Assembly (NCBI GenBank): GCA_024276735.1
Contig: JAJRWQ010000095.1
Location: forward strand, 1 to 60,705
Source: Actinomycetes bacterium
Lineage (GTDB): Bacteria; Actinomycetota; Thermoleophilia; BMS3ABIN01
Length of the DNA: 60,705 nt
Direction of reading: 5' to 3'
Below the pieces are notes generated by a model, which had not been told where the DNA came from, ran no database searches, and saw only the letters and a program-made list of their open reading frames with translations. Of the stretch, positions 25,206 through 32,847 are shown one piece after another; position 1 is the stretch's first letter; each line of letters begins with the position of its first letter. A program made the position numbers and the translations under genes.

Positions 25206-27308
25206 ATGAGGGAGCACAGGCGTATATTCAGGATCAAGATCAAGCGCACGGTGGCCGTCTGGATCTTCACCACCCTGGCGCTCTACCTGCTCTCCGACCT
25301 GCTCCCGGGATTCAAGGTTGGCGGCACCATCTCCCTCTTTGGCTTCGCCGCCGCCATTGGCATCCTCAACGCCCTGCTCTGGCCCACGCTGGTCTACCTG
25401 ACGATGCCGCTGAACGTTCTCTCGCTGGGGTTGTTCACCCTGGTGCTCAACGGTTTCATCATCTGGCTGGCCTCGGTGGCGGTGCCCGGCATCGACATCA
25501 CCCGGGTGCTGGACCCGGTGCTGATCGCCATCGGGGTCTCGGCGGTAAATACCCTGCTCACCAGCGCTTTTTCCATCGACGACGACGAGTCATACTACCG
25601 CAACGTGCTCAAGCGCAAGGTGACCAGGCACCGCCAGCCGGTGGAGACGGACGAGCCGGGGGTGATCTTCCTGGAGGTGGACGGACTGGCCAAGTCGGTG
25701 CTGGTGCGGGCCGTGCGCAACGGGCACGCCCCCACCCTGGCCCGCTGGCTGGAAGACGGCACCCACCGCCTGCTCGGCTGGGAATGCGATCTCTCGTCGC
25801 AGACGGGAGCCAGCCAGGCCGGCATCCTCATGGGCAACAACTTCGACATTCCCGCCTTCCGCTGGTACGAAAAGGACCGGGGGCGCATCGTCGTCTCCAG
25901 CCGCATGAGCGATATCTCCGAGATCGAGAAGCGGCAGACCGACGGCAACGGCCTGCTGGCGGACGGCGGCCTCAGCCTCAGCAACATGTTTTCCGGCGAG
26001 GCCCCGGAGACGGTATTCACCATGAGCACCGTCCGGGACCCCCGGGCGTCCGGCTACCAGAAGCGCAGCTTCTACATGTTCTTCCTCGACCCCTACAACT
26101 TCCTGCGGGCCTTCATGCTGGCGGCCTGGGACATCATGCTGGAGCTCCGCTCCCAGCACCGCCAGCGCGTGCGCGACGTGAGACCGCGGCTGAAACGCGG
26201 CCTCAAGTTCGCCTTCGTGCGTGCCGCCACCACCACCATCCTGCGCGAGCTGAGCATCTACACCCTGATCGGCGACATCTTCGCCGGCGTGCCCGCCGCC
26301 TACGTGACCCTGTTCGGATACGACGAGGTGGCGCATCACTCGGGTGTCGAGCGCGAGGACACGCTGGAGGTGCTACGCAAGCTGGACCAGCAGTTCGCCC
26401 GGCTGGAGACGGCGATCGCCAAGGCTCCCCGCCTTTACCACCTGGTGATCCTCTCCGACCACGGGCAGAGCCAGGGAGCCACCTTCAAGCAGCGTTTCGA
26501 CATCACCCTCGAGGACCTGGTACGGCAGCTGGTCTCGGAAGAGGTGCACGTGGCGGGGACGGGAGCCGAGCCCGAGCACTGGAGCTACATCAGCGCCCCG
26601 CTCACCGAGGCCACCCAGGGAGGACAGGAGCAGCTATCGGCAAAGCTGCTGCGGCGCACGGTGAAGAGCCGCACCCACGAGGGCGAGGTAATGCTTGGTC
26701 CCGAGCGGGAGCAGCTTGAACTGCGGGAAAAGGTGCTTTCCGCCACCGACTCGGAGCTGCTCGTGATGGCCTCCGGCAACCTGGGGCTGATCTACTTCAC
26801 CGGCAAGCAGGAGCGGGTGACCCTGGAGGAGCTGGACGAGAAGTTCCCGGAGCTGATCTCAGGCCTGGTGGCCCATCCCGGCATCGGCTTCGTGATGGTC
26901 CGCTCCCGCGAGCGGGGAGCGCTGGCCATCGGCGACGGTGGCGTCTACTTCCTGGACGAGGACCGCTACGAGGGCGAGAACCCCCTGGCGGGCTTCGGCG
27001 CCAACGCCGCCGCGCACCTGAAGCGCACCGACGGCTTTCCCCACGTGCCCGACATCCTGGTGAACAGCTTCTACGACGAGACCACCGACGAGGTGGCCGC
27101 CTTCGAGGAGCTGGTGGGCAGCCACGGCGGCCTGGGAGGCGAACAGTCGCATCCCTTCGTGCTCATCCCCGCCGAGTGGAAGGTTCCCGACGAGGAGATC
27201 GTGGGCGCCGAGCACCTGAACCGGGTGCTGCGGGGGTGGCTGGCGGAGCTGCGCACGGGCGGCGCCTCCGGCGGAAACGGGGAAACACCGTCCCCCGGCT
27301 CACGGTGA
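25206..27308 (+). CDS. fusion of an N-terminal 4-TM (phage-holin-4-like) module to an alkaline-phosphatase-superfamily / type I phosphodiesterase domain
   Basis: N-terminus WIFTTLALYLLSDLLPGFKVGG...LNALLWPTLVYLTMPLNVLSLGLFTLVLNGFIIWLAS. Catalytic-domain motifs FLEVDGL, SSQTGASQAGILMG, ILSDHGQSQG, VGSHGGLGG. Confidence 0.75.
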   Translation: MREHRRIFRIKIKRTVAVWIFTTLALYLLSDLLPGFKVGGTISLFGFAAAIGILNALLWPTLVYLTMPLNVLSLGLFTLVLNGFIIWLASVAVPGIDITRVLDPVLIAIGVSAVNTLLTSAFSIDDDESYYRNVLKRKVTRHRQPVETDEPGVIFLEVDGLAKSVLVRAVRNGHAPTLARWLEDGTHRLLGWECDLSSQTGASQAGILMGNNFDIPAFRWYEKDRGRIVVSSRMSDISEIEKRQTDGNGLLADGGLSLSNMFSGEAPETVFTMSTVRDPRASGYQKRSFYMFFLDPYNFLRAFMLAAWDIMLELRSQHRQRVRDVRPRLKRGLKFAFVRAATTTILRELSIYTLIGDIFAGVPAAYVTLFGYDEVAHHSGVEREDTLEVLRKLDQQFARLETAIAKAPRLYHLVILSDHGQSQGATFKQRFDITLEDLVRQLVSEEVHVAGTGAEPEHWSYISAPLTEATQGGQEQLSAKLLRRTVKSRTHEGEVMLGPEREQLELREKVLSATDSELLVMASGNLGLIYFTGKQERVTLEELDEKFPELISGLVAHPGIGFVMVRSRERGALAIGDGGVYFLDEDRYEGENPLAGFGANAAAHLKRTDGFPHVPDILVNSFYDETTDEVAAFEELVGSHGGLGGEQSHPFVLIPAEWKVPDEEIVGAEHLNRVLRGWLAELRTGGASGGNGETPSPGSR

Positions 27309-28093
27309 TGATCTCCTCCCGCAAGGACAGGGAAAACTTCTGCTCGCCGGAAGGCCCCTGCTATACCGGCGCCTACGCCGACGGCACGCCGCGCTTCAAC
27401 GGCGAGATCAGCGTCGTCAGCTGGAACATCAAGTTCGCCCTTGCGGTCGAGACCGCCATCGCCGAGCTGGAGGGCACCCGGCAGCTGCGGGAAGCCGACA
27501 TCATGCTGCTGCAGGAGATGGACGAGGACGGTGTGGATGCCATCGCCCGCGCGCTGGGGCTTGATTACGTGTACTTCCCGGCCACGGTACGGGCGCGCAC
27601 CGGCAGGAAGTTCGGCAACGCGGTGCTGTCGCGCTGGCACCTGTCCGGCGGCGCCAAGCTGCTGCTGCCGCACGAAAGCCCCCGCACCGGCGAGCGGCGC
27701 ATAGCCGCCCGCGCCCACGTTCACCTGGGCGACAGGAAGCTGGTGGCCTACAGCGTCCACACCGAGACCTTCGCCCTCAGCGCCGAAAAACGCTACGAGC
27801 AGTTCCGCGCCCTGGTGGACGACATCGCCAGCGAGGAGCGCGAACACGTGCTGGTGGGGGGCGACTTCAACACCATCAAGTCGAAGAACATCAAGGAGCT
27901 GGAAGAGCGCTTCCGGGAGGCGGGCCTCACCCGGGTGTCCGCCGGCGCCGAGCCCACCATCCGGGCCGGGTTCCTGGGCTTCACCCTCGACCACATCTTC
28001 ACCCGCAGCATGGAGGGGCTGGAAAACGCGGTCTTCACCGGCACCGAGGCCAGCGATCACTTTCCCCTCTGGCAGCGCCTGCGGCTGCGCTAG
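27308..28093 (+). CDS. endonuclease/exonuclease/phosphatase (EEP) family hydrolase
   Basis: ATG 27308 shares its A with the upstream TGA stop. VVSWNIKF, MLLQEMD, GNAVLSR, YSVHTE, VGGDFN, LDHIF, SDHFPL form the EEP motif series. Confidence 0.8.
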   Translation: MISSRKDRENFCSPEGPCYTGAYADGTPRFNGEISVVSWNIKFALAVETAIAELEGTRQLREADIMLLQEMDEDGVDAIARALGLDYVYFPATVRARTGRKFGNAVLSRWHLSGGAKLLLPHESPRTGERRIAARAHVHLGDRKLVAYSVHTETFALSAEKRYEQFRALVDDIASEEREHVLVGGDFNTIKSKNIKELEERFREAGLTRVSAGAEPTIRAGFLGFTLDHIFTRSMEGLENAVFTGTEASDHFPLWQRLRLR

Positions 28094-28185
28094 TTCTTCA
28101 CGAAACCTTCATACTTGCTTCACCTCTCCTTCACCCCCCGGGGCCACAATACTAGCGAGAGCAAATGAGACCTGGAGGGTTGAAA

Positions 28186-28575
28186 ATGACCAAGACGATT
28201 GCAGTGACGATTCTGGCCGTGATAGTGCTGCTGGCAGGCGCCGCGGTGGTGCTGGCCCAGACAGCGCCCGTTACCGGGCACGGGCCCGTACCCGCCTGGC
28301 ACCATGGCGGCGGCGACCCGGAGAACGGATACGGGGACACCTGCTACGATTCCCGCGATGAAGCCGGGGGCCACTGGCAGGAGATGGACGAGCACATGCA
28401 GGACGGCACCTGGGAGGAGCATCACCGGGACGACGGTCACTACCGCGACCATGAGCGGGGCGGCAATACCGGTGACGATGCCGCCACCGGGCGGCCCGGA
28501 GCCTCCACCTATGGCCCCACGGGCCACATGGGAGACACCGGCAGCGGCCCGTACTACGGCCACATGGGCTGGTAA
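28186..28575 (+). CDS. secreted His/Asp/Gly-rich protein (possible metal binding), hypothetical
   Basis: ATG 28186 preceded by GGAGGGTTGAAA. Signal peptide ILAVIVLLAGAAVVLAQT. Mature part rich in H, D, E, G (HHGGGD, HWQEMDEHMQDGTWEEHHRDDGHYRDHERGG). Confidence 0.6.
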   Translation: MTKTIAVTILAVIVLLAGAAVVLAQTAPVTGHGPVPAWHHGGGDPENGYGDTCYDSRDEAGGHWQEMDEHMQDGTWEEHHRDDGHYRDHERGGNTGDDAATGRPGASTYGPTGHMGDTGSGPYYGHMGW

Positions 28576-28616
28576 CCCGGCCGGCAGTCAGTAGCAAAGA
28601 CGACCGATAACGACGA

Positions 28617-28703
28617 GGTTCGTGGAGGGGGCGCCTCGGGGCGCCTCCTTGCAACCTCCGTCGCCAGCCGGCCGAATCCACGAACCAGGTGAGGGATTCG
28701 GCC
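28617..28703 (+). promoter_or_regulatory. structured 5' leader with mutually exclusive hairpins upstream of the SHOCT genes
   Basis: Helix A: GGTTCGTGGA (28617-28626) with TCCACGAACC (28677-28686). Inner hairpin GGCGCC-TCGG-GGCGCC (28630-28645). Helix B: GGCCGAATCC (28670-28679) with GGATTCGGCC (28694-28703). A and B share nt 28677-28679. Confidence 0.45.
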
Positions 28704-28748
28704 GAACGGGAATACTGAAAACAACGGCTTTCAACACGGGAGGACATC

Positions 28749-28943
28749 ATGGGCATCGCCATCATCGCACTCTTCTTCGCCGCGGTGATCTTCATTCTCT
28801 TCGGAAACCGGCCCGGCAGCGAAGTGTTCGGCTCCCGGGTGCCGGCAAGGGTGGAGACGCCGCTGGAGATCCTGGAGAAACGCTACGCCCGCGGCGAGAT
28901 CGACCGCGACGAATTCGAGGCGCGCAGGCGGGACCTCGCCTGA
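28749..28943 (+). CDS. SHOCT-domain membrane protein (64 aa)
   Basis: N-terminal TM IAIIALFFAAVIFILF. C-terminal LEILEKRYARGEIDRDEFEARRRDL is the SHOCT signature. Confidence 0.8.
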   Translation: MGIAIIALFFAAVIFILFGNRPGSEVFGSRVPARVETPLEILEKRYARGEIDRDEFEARRRDLA

Positions 28944-28995
28944 TGGCGGGCCTGCGCGCAACCGGCTTCCACGAGAAGCGAGAGGGGTGATCGAC

Positions 28996-29262
28996 ATGCA
29001 CGGCTGGGATTGGGGCTACATGGGCGGCGGCTACCTGGGCGGCATCGTGATGCTGCTCTTCTGGACGGCGGTCCTGGTGGCGGTGGTGTTCTTCGTAGTC
29101 TGGCTGGTGCGCCAGGGACAGTCCGGCGGCAGCAGCAAGCAGGCCGGTGGCTACACCGGCGACAGGGAGAGCGCCCTCGACATCCTCGACCGCAGGTACG
29201 CCCGCGGCGAGATCGACCGGGAAGAGTACGAGGAACGGCGGCAGGCCCTGGGCAGCGGCTGA
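28996..29262 (+). CDS. SHOCT-domain membrane protein (paralogue)
   Basis: ATG 28996 with SD GAGAGGGG 8 nt upstream (the track ORF starts at GTG 28987). TM IVMLLFWTAVLVAVVFFVVWLV. C-terminal LDILDRRYARGEIDREEYEERRQAL. Confidence 0.8.
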   Translation: MHGWDWGYMGGGYLGGIVMLLFWTAVLVAVVFFVVWLVRQGQSGGSSKQAGGYTGDRESALDILDRRYARGEIDREEYEERRQALGSG

Positions 29263-29297
29263 CGCCGCCCGGTCACCAGCAGCCGTTTTTCCGCACC

Positions 29298-29330
29298 GGC
29301 ACCGCCAGCACTGGCGGTGCCGTTTTCTTC
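29298..29330 (+). terminator. intrinsic terminator after the SHOCT pair
   Basis: GGCACCGCCAG/CTGGCGGTGCC near-perfect stem followed by GTTTTCTTC. Confidence 0.75.
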
Positions 29331-29491
29331 CCGCCGCCCTGCCGCCCCGGGGCGCGGGGCCGGGGCGGTGGGCCCAGGGTGATGACTCCCCGAGTGCCGT
29401 TTTCCCGGCAGCGGGCCATGTTCAAAACACCGCCCCGGTGGTATCATGGAAGCAACGAGCCACCGCCGACCAGAAAGAGAGGTGAGTGAGC

Positions 29492-29848
29492 ATGTGCAAC
29501 TGGTGCCGCAGGCACTGGATTCTCACCACCATGGCCCTGGCCGTCTTCGGCCTGGCGCTGGCGATCGTGCTGGTGGTCTTCTTCTTCTCTTTCCAGTTCG
29601 CGGATCCCGGGGCCGCCGGTAGCAAGCGGCGCCGTCAGCGCCGCCGGGAGAGCGACCATCACCAGCCACCGGTGATCGCTGGTGGCTCATCGCCGGTGAC
29701 GGTGACCGCGCCCGCGGTTGCCGCGTCCGAAGCCAGCGAGGCTATGGCCCTGGGCCGCTGGCAGAGGCTGCTGCTGCAGGCGCTGGCCGTGACCGTGGCC
29801 ACGGCGGCGGCCATCTACATCACCAACTTCATCAACAGCCTCTTCTAG
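29492..29848 (+). CDS. membrane protein, hypothetical (118 aa)
   Basis: ATG 29492 preceded by GAGAGGTGAGTGAGC. N-terminal TM ILTTMALAVFGLALAIVLVVFFF, basic stretch KRRRQRRRE, C-terminal TM. Confidence 0.5.
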   Translation: MCNWCRRHWILTTMALAVFGLALAIVLVVFFFSFQFADPGAAGSKRRRQRRRESDHHQPPVIAGGSSPVTVTAPAVAASEASEAMALGRWQRLLLQALAVTVATAAAIYITNFINSLF

Positions 29849-29917
29849 GCACCCGGGGGAACCAGGAACCCTTTCGACGGACCGGGGAAGGCAAGGCCCG
29901 CTGCGCAAGTTCCCTGC

Positions 29918-30358
29918 TCAGGAAGCCTGCGCCTTGCGCCAGCCCTCCTGCCGCAGCCGCTCCATGCGCTTGCGCCCCCACTGCTTGAACTCCTTGAAGT
30001 AACGCGCCTTGTCGATCCGGGAAAGCTCCAGCAGCTCCTGCCGCTCCCGGGCGCTGTCCTCGTGTTCGCCGGGGTAGACGCCGCGCCAGGTGGCGTAGCC
30101 GCCGTCGAACAGGGCCTCGGGGGTGATCGCCCCCGTCAGCTCCGGCGCCCGGTCCCGGAAGTACTCCGCCACTTCCATGTCGAACTCGATGATCCAGCCG
30201 TTGTCGGCCACCATCGTCGCCGCGTCGAATTCCACCCCGGCCGAGCACTGGGGGCAATAGACGCGCGACACAATCTCCTCCGGGAAGATCTCGTCCCGAA
30301 ACATGATGCTGGCGCTGCTGGCGCCGCAGCTGCAGCGCATTTCATGGTCCTCGCACAT
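29918..30358 (-). CDS. Cys-rich (zinc-ribbon-like) cytoplasmic protein, hypothetical (146 aa)
   Basis: CSC...CPQC arrangement in the first 50 residues. No recognisable family by eye. Confidence 0.55.
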   Translation of the reverse strand: MCEDHEMRCSCGASSASIMFRDEIFPEEIVSRVYCPQCSAGVEFDAATMVADNGWIIEFDMEVAEYFRDRAPELTGAITPEALFDGGYATWRGVYPGEHEDSARERQELLELSRIDKARYFKEFKQWGRKRMERLRQEGWRKAQAS

Positions 30359-30548
30359 CTGGCTCTCCTTTGATCAACTGGTTGCCATCAGCCGGCGGCT
30401 TGCCTTTCTGTGCCACCGCATCGTTCGCTGCAGAAGCAGGCACGTTCCGGCGCATGCGCCGCACCGGCCGGGCCCGCCTCGTGGTAACCGGATATTTTTA
30501 GTCCACTAACGCGGCAACAAAAAAAAGCTGCTGCCGCCGGCCTGGTTC

Positions 30549-30656
30549 CTACTGCTGCTTTTCCATGGTGCCGGAAGCGCCGCACTCGGGACACTTCCTG
30601 GGCTTGCAGCGGCCCTCCTTGGTGGCCCCGCACTCCGAGCACTCGAATATGGCCAT
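30549..30656 (-). CDS. 35-aa four-cysteine zinc-ribbon/rubredoxin-like mini-protein
   Basis: Below the track cutoff. ATG 30656 preceded by GGAAAGGACGGGTT. MAIFECSECGATKEGRCKPRKCPECGASGTMEKQQ has CxxC...CxxC. The stop is followed on the minus strand by a T8 run. Confidence 0.6.
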   Translation of the reverse strand: MAIFECSECGATKEGRCKPRKCPECGASGTMEKQQ

Positions 30657-30753
30657 AACCCGTCCTTTCCGCCGATTTACGGTTACAGGATATTCATACC
30701 CCGTAACAGCCGAACCACACATCGGCAACCGGCCGGGGAGCGCGTTGGCCGCC

Positions 30754-30782
30754 TTTACCCGCCGCGGGCGCTGCCATAAAAT
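30754..30782 (+). promoter_or_regulatory. candidate promoter of the NERD-helicase gene
   Basis: TTTACC, 17-nt spacer, TAAAAT. Confidence 0.35.
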
Positions 30783-30835
30783 ACGGGGGCGCCGGTGCCG
30801 GCCCGGGAAACGGGATTGCGCTGCCGGCGCCTGGC

Positions 30836-32605
30836 ATGACGCCCGGAAGCCGAGGTGTCCGGGCGACCGAAGAAGGAGTCCACCTGGCGGAGCTGATTCC
30901 CCCCATATACGACCCCGCGGACACCAGCCGCGGCGAGCGCGAGGTTTTCGAACTCTTCCGGGACGCCGAGGGCACCGGCGGCTGGACCGTTTTCCATTCC
31001 CTGGACATCGCCGAGCACGTGCGCCAGGTGGAAGGAGAGGCGGACTTCGTGGTGCTCATTCCCGGGAAGGGGCTGCTCTGCCTGGAGGTCAAGGGCCACG
31101 ACCGCATCCGCTTCCACGATGGCCTCTGGTACTACGGCTCCGTTCAAAAGGGCGATCCCCGCGGGCCCTTCCGCCAGGCGCGCGAGTGTTCCTACAGCAT
31201 CCGTGACCGGCTGAAACAGCGCTACCCGCACCTGGACATCGTCTGCTGGTACGGGGTCGTCTTCCCCTTTGCCGACTTCGACCAGCAATCCCTGGAATGG
31301 CGCCGCTGGCAGGTCATCGACGCCAATTCCCTGCGCAGCCGTCCCTTCGCGGCACAGGTGGAGGCGATGCTGGACCGGGCCCGGGAGCACCTGGCGCAAA
31401 CCACCGGCTGGTTCGATCCCGCCTCCCGTTCGCCGGACGACGACGAGTGCCAGGCGGTGATCAGGTGCCTGAAGCCGGACTTCGAGCTCTCGCTCTCGCC
31501 CCGGGCCCGCGCCGAGCGGCTGGAAGGCGAGCTCAAGCGTTACACCGACGACCAGCTGCTGGCGCTGGACCGCATGCGCAAGTCCCCCCGCGTGGCCTTC
31601 GACGGCGCCGCCGGCACCGGCAAGACGGTGCTGGCTATAGAGACGGCGCGGCGCGGCGCCATCGAGGGCCGCAAGGTGCTGCTGCTCTGCTACAACCGGC
31701 TGCTGAGCCTGCACCTGGCGAAGGAGCTGGCCTGCCTGGCCCCCGCCGTCACCTGTGACACCCTGCACAACTACATGTGCGAGCTCACCGGTATCGATCC
31801 CGCCGGCCGCGCCGGCGATCCCGGCTTCTGGAGCCGGGAGCTGCCGGAAGCGGCGGTGGAAAAGCTGCTGGAAGGGAAGGGCGGCGCCTTCGACGAGCTG
31901 GTGGTGGACGAAGCGCAGGACGTGTTCCACGCCGACTACCTGGACGTGCTGGATCTCAGCATCGACGGCGGGCTCGAGCACGGACGCTGGCGCCTCTTCG
32001 GCGACTTCGACCACCAGGCGATATATGCCGGCGAGCTGAGCCTGGAGAGGTTCCTGGAGGAGCGCGGCGGCAACGCGTCCATCTACCAGCTGGTGGTCAA
32101 CTGCCGCAATACCCCCGCCGTGGTCGAGTTCAGCGAGCGCCTGAGCGGCATCGAGCTCGACTACGCGGAGATCCGCCGGACGGCGCTCTCCCAACCCCGG
32201 CTTTCCTTCTACGAGAGACCCGAAGAGCAGCAGCCGGTGCTGCAGGAGGCGCTGGCCGCCGCCTGGGAAGAGGGATACCGGGGCCGCGACCTGGTGGTGC
32301 TCTCGCCGCGGCGGGACGAGATCTGCGCCGCCGCCGGCATGGAAGAGCCCCCCTGGCGCGACCGCCTGCGGCCCCTGCGCCAGCTGATGCAGGAGGACGA
32401 CGGGAACGACGGGCACGTGGGCTTCTGCACCATCCAGGCGTACAAGGGACTGGAGGCACCGGCGGTGATCATCACCGACATCGACGATCTCTCCGGCAGC
32501 GCCGCCCGCTCCCTGCTCTACATCGGCGCCACCCGCGCCCTGGAACACCTGCACGTGATCGCCGACCAGGGCCTGCGTCAACAGCTGCAGCTTCCCCCGG
32601 ACTGA
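30836..32605 (+). CDS. NERD (PD-(D/E)xK nuclease-like) domain fused to an SF1 (UvrD/AAA_30-like) helicase/ATPase
   Basis: NERD part GEREVFELF...FHSLDIAEH...GEADFVVLIPGKGLLCLEVKG. Walker A DGAAGTGKTVLA, Walker B LVVDEAQD, VNCRNT, CTIQAYKGLEAPAVII, LLYIGATRALEHL. Confidence 0.85.
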   Translation: MTPGSRGVRATEEGVHLAELIPPIYDPADTSRGEREVFELFRDAEGTGGWTVFHSLDIAEHVRQVEGEADFVVLIPGKGLLCLEVKGHDRIRFHDGLWYYGSVQKGDPRGPFRQARECSYSIRDRLKQRYPHLDIVCWYGVVFPFADFDQQSLEWRRWQVIDANSLRSRPFAAQVEAMLDRAREHLAQTTGWFDPASRSPDDDECQAVIRCLKPDFELSLSPRARAERLEGELKRYTDDQLLALDRMRKSPRVAFDGAAGTGKTVLAIETARRGAIEGRKVLLLCYNRLLSLHLAKELACLAPAVTCDTLHNYMCELTGIDPAGRAGDPGFWSRELPEAAVEKLLEGKGGAFDELVVDEAQDVFHADYLDVLDLSIDGGLEHGRWRLFGDFDHQAIYAGELSLERFLEERGGNASIYQLVVNCRNTPAVVEFSERLSGIELDYAEIRRTALSQPRLSFYERPEEQQPVLQEALAAAWEEGYRGRDLVVLSPRRDEICAAAGMEEPPWRDRLRPLRQLMQEDDGNDGHVGFCTIQAYKGLEAPAVIITDIDDLSGSAARSLLYIGATRALEHLHVIADQGLRQQLQLPPD

Positions 32606-32722
32606 ACGGCGCCGCCGCGCCACGGGGCCATCGGCCGGCACTGCCAGTGGGAAGGTCGTTGCGATTCCACTGCCCCGCCAGCAGCAACACGCCCGGCTAC
32701 CGCGGGTAGGCGCCCCAGTAAG

Positions 32723-32747
32723 AAAAAAACATGCCGCCCAAGCGGCA
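32723..32747 (-). terminator. intrinsic terminator downstream of ftsY
   Basis: Minus strand TGCCGC-TTGG-GCGGCA followed by TGTTTTTTT. Confidence 0.65.
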
Positions 32748-32847
32748 ACGTGCCGGCCCGTGCACCGGGGACGGGAAAAGGAATCGCAAAAGGAGTGATC
32801 CCGCGGCGGGGCCGTGGCCCGTCGGCACCATCCGGCAGTGGCCGCCG

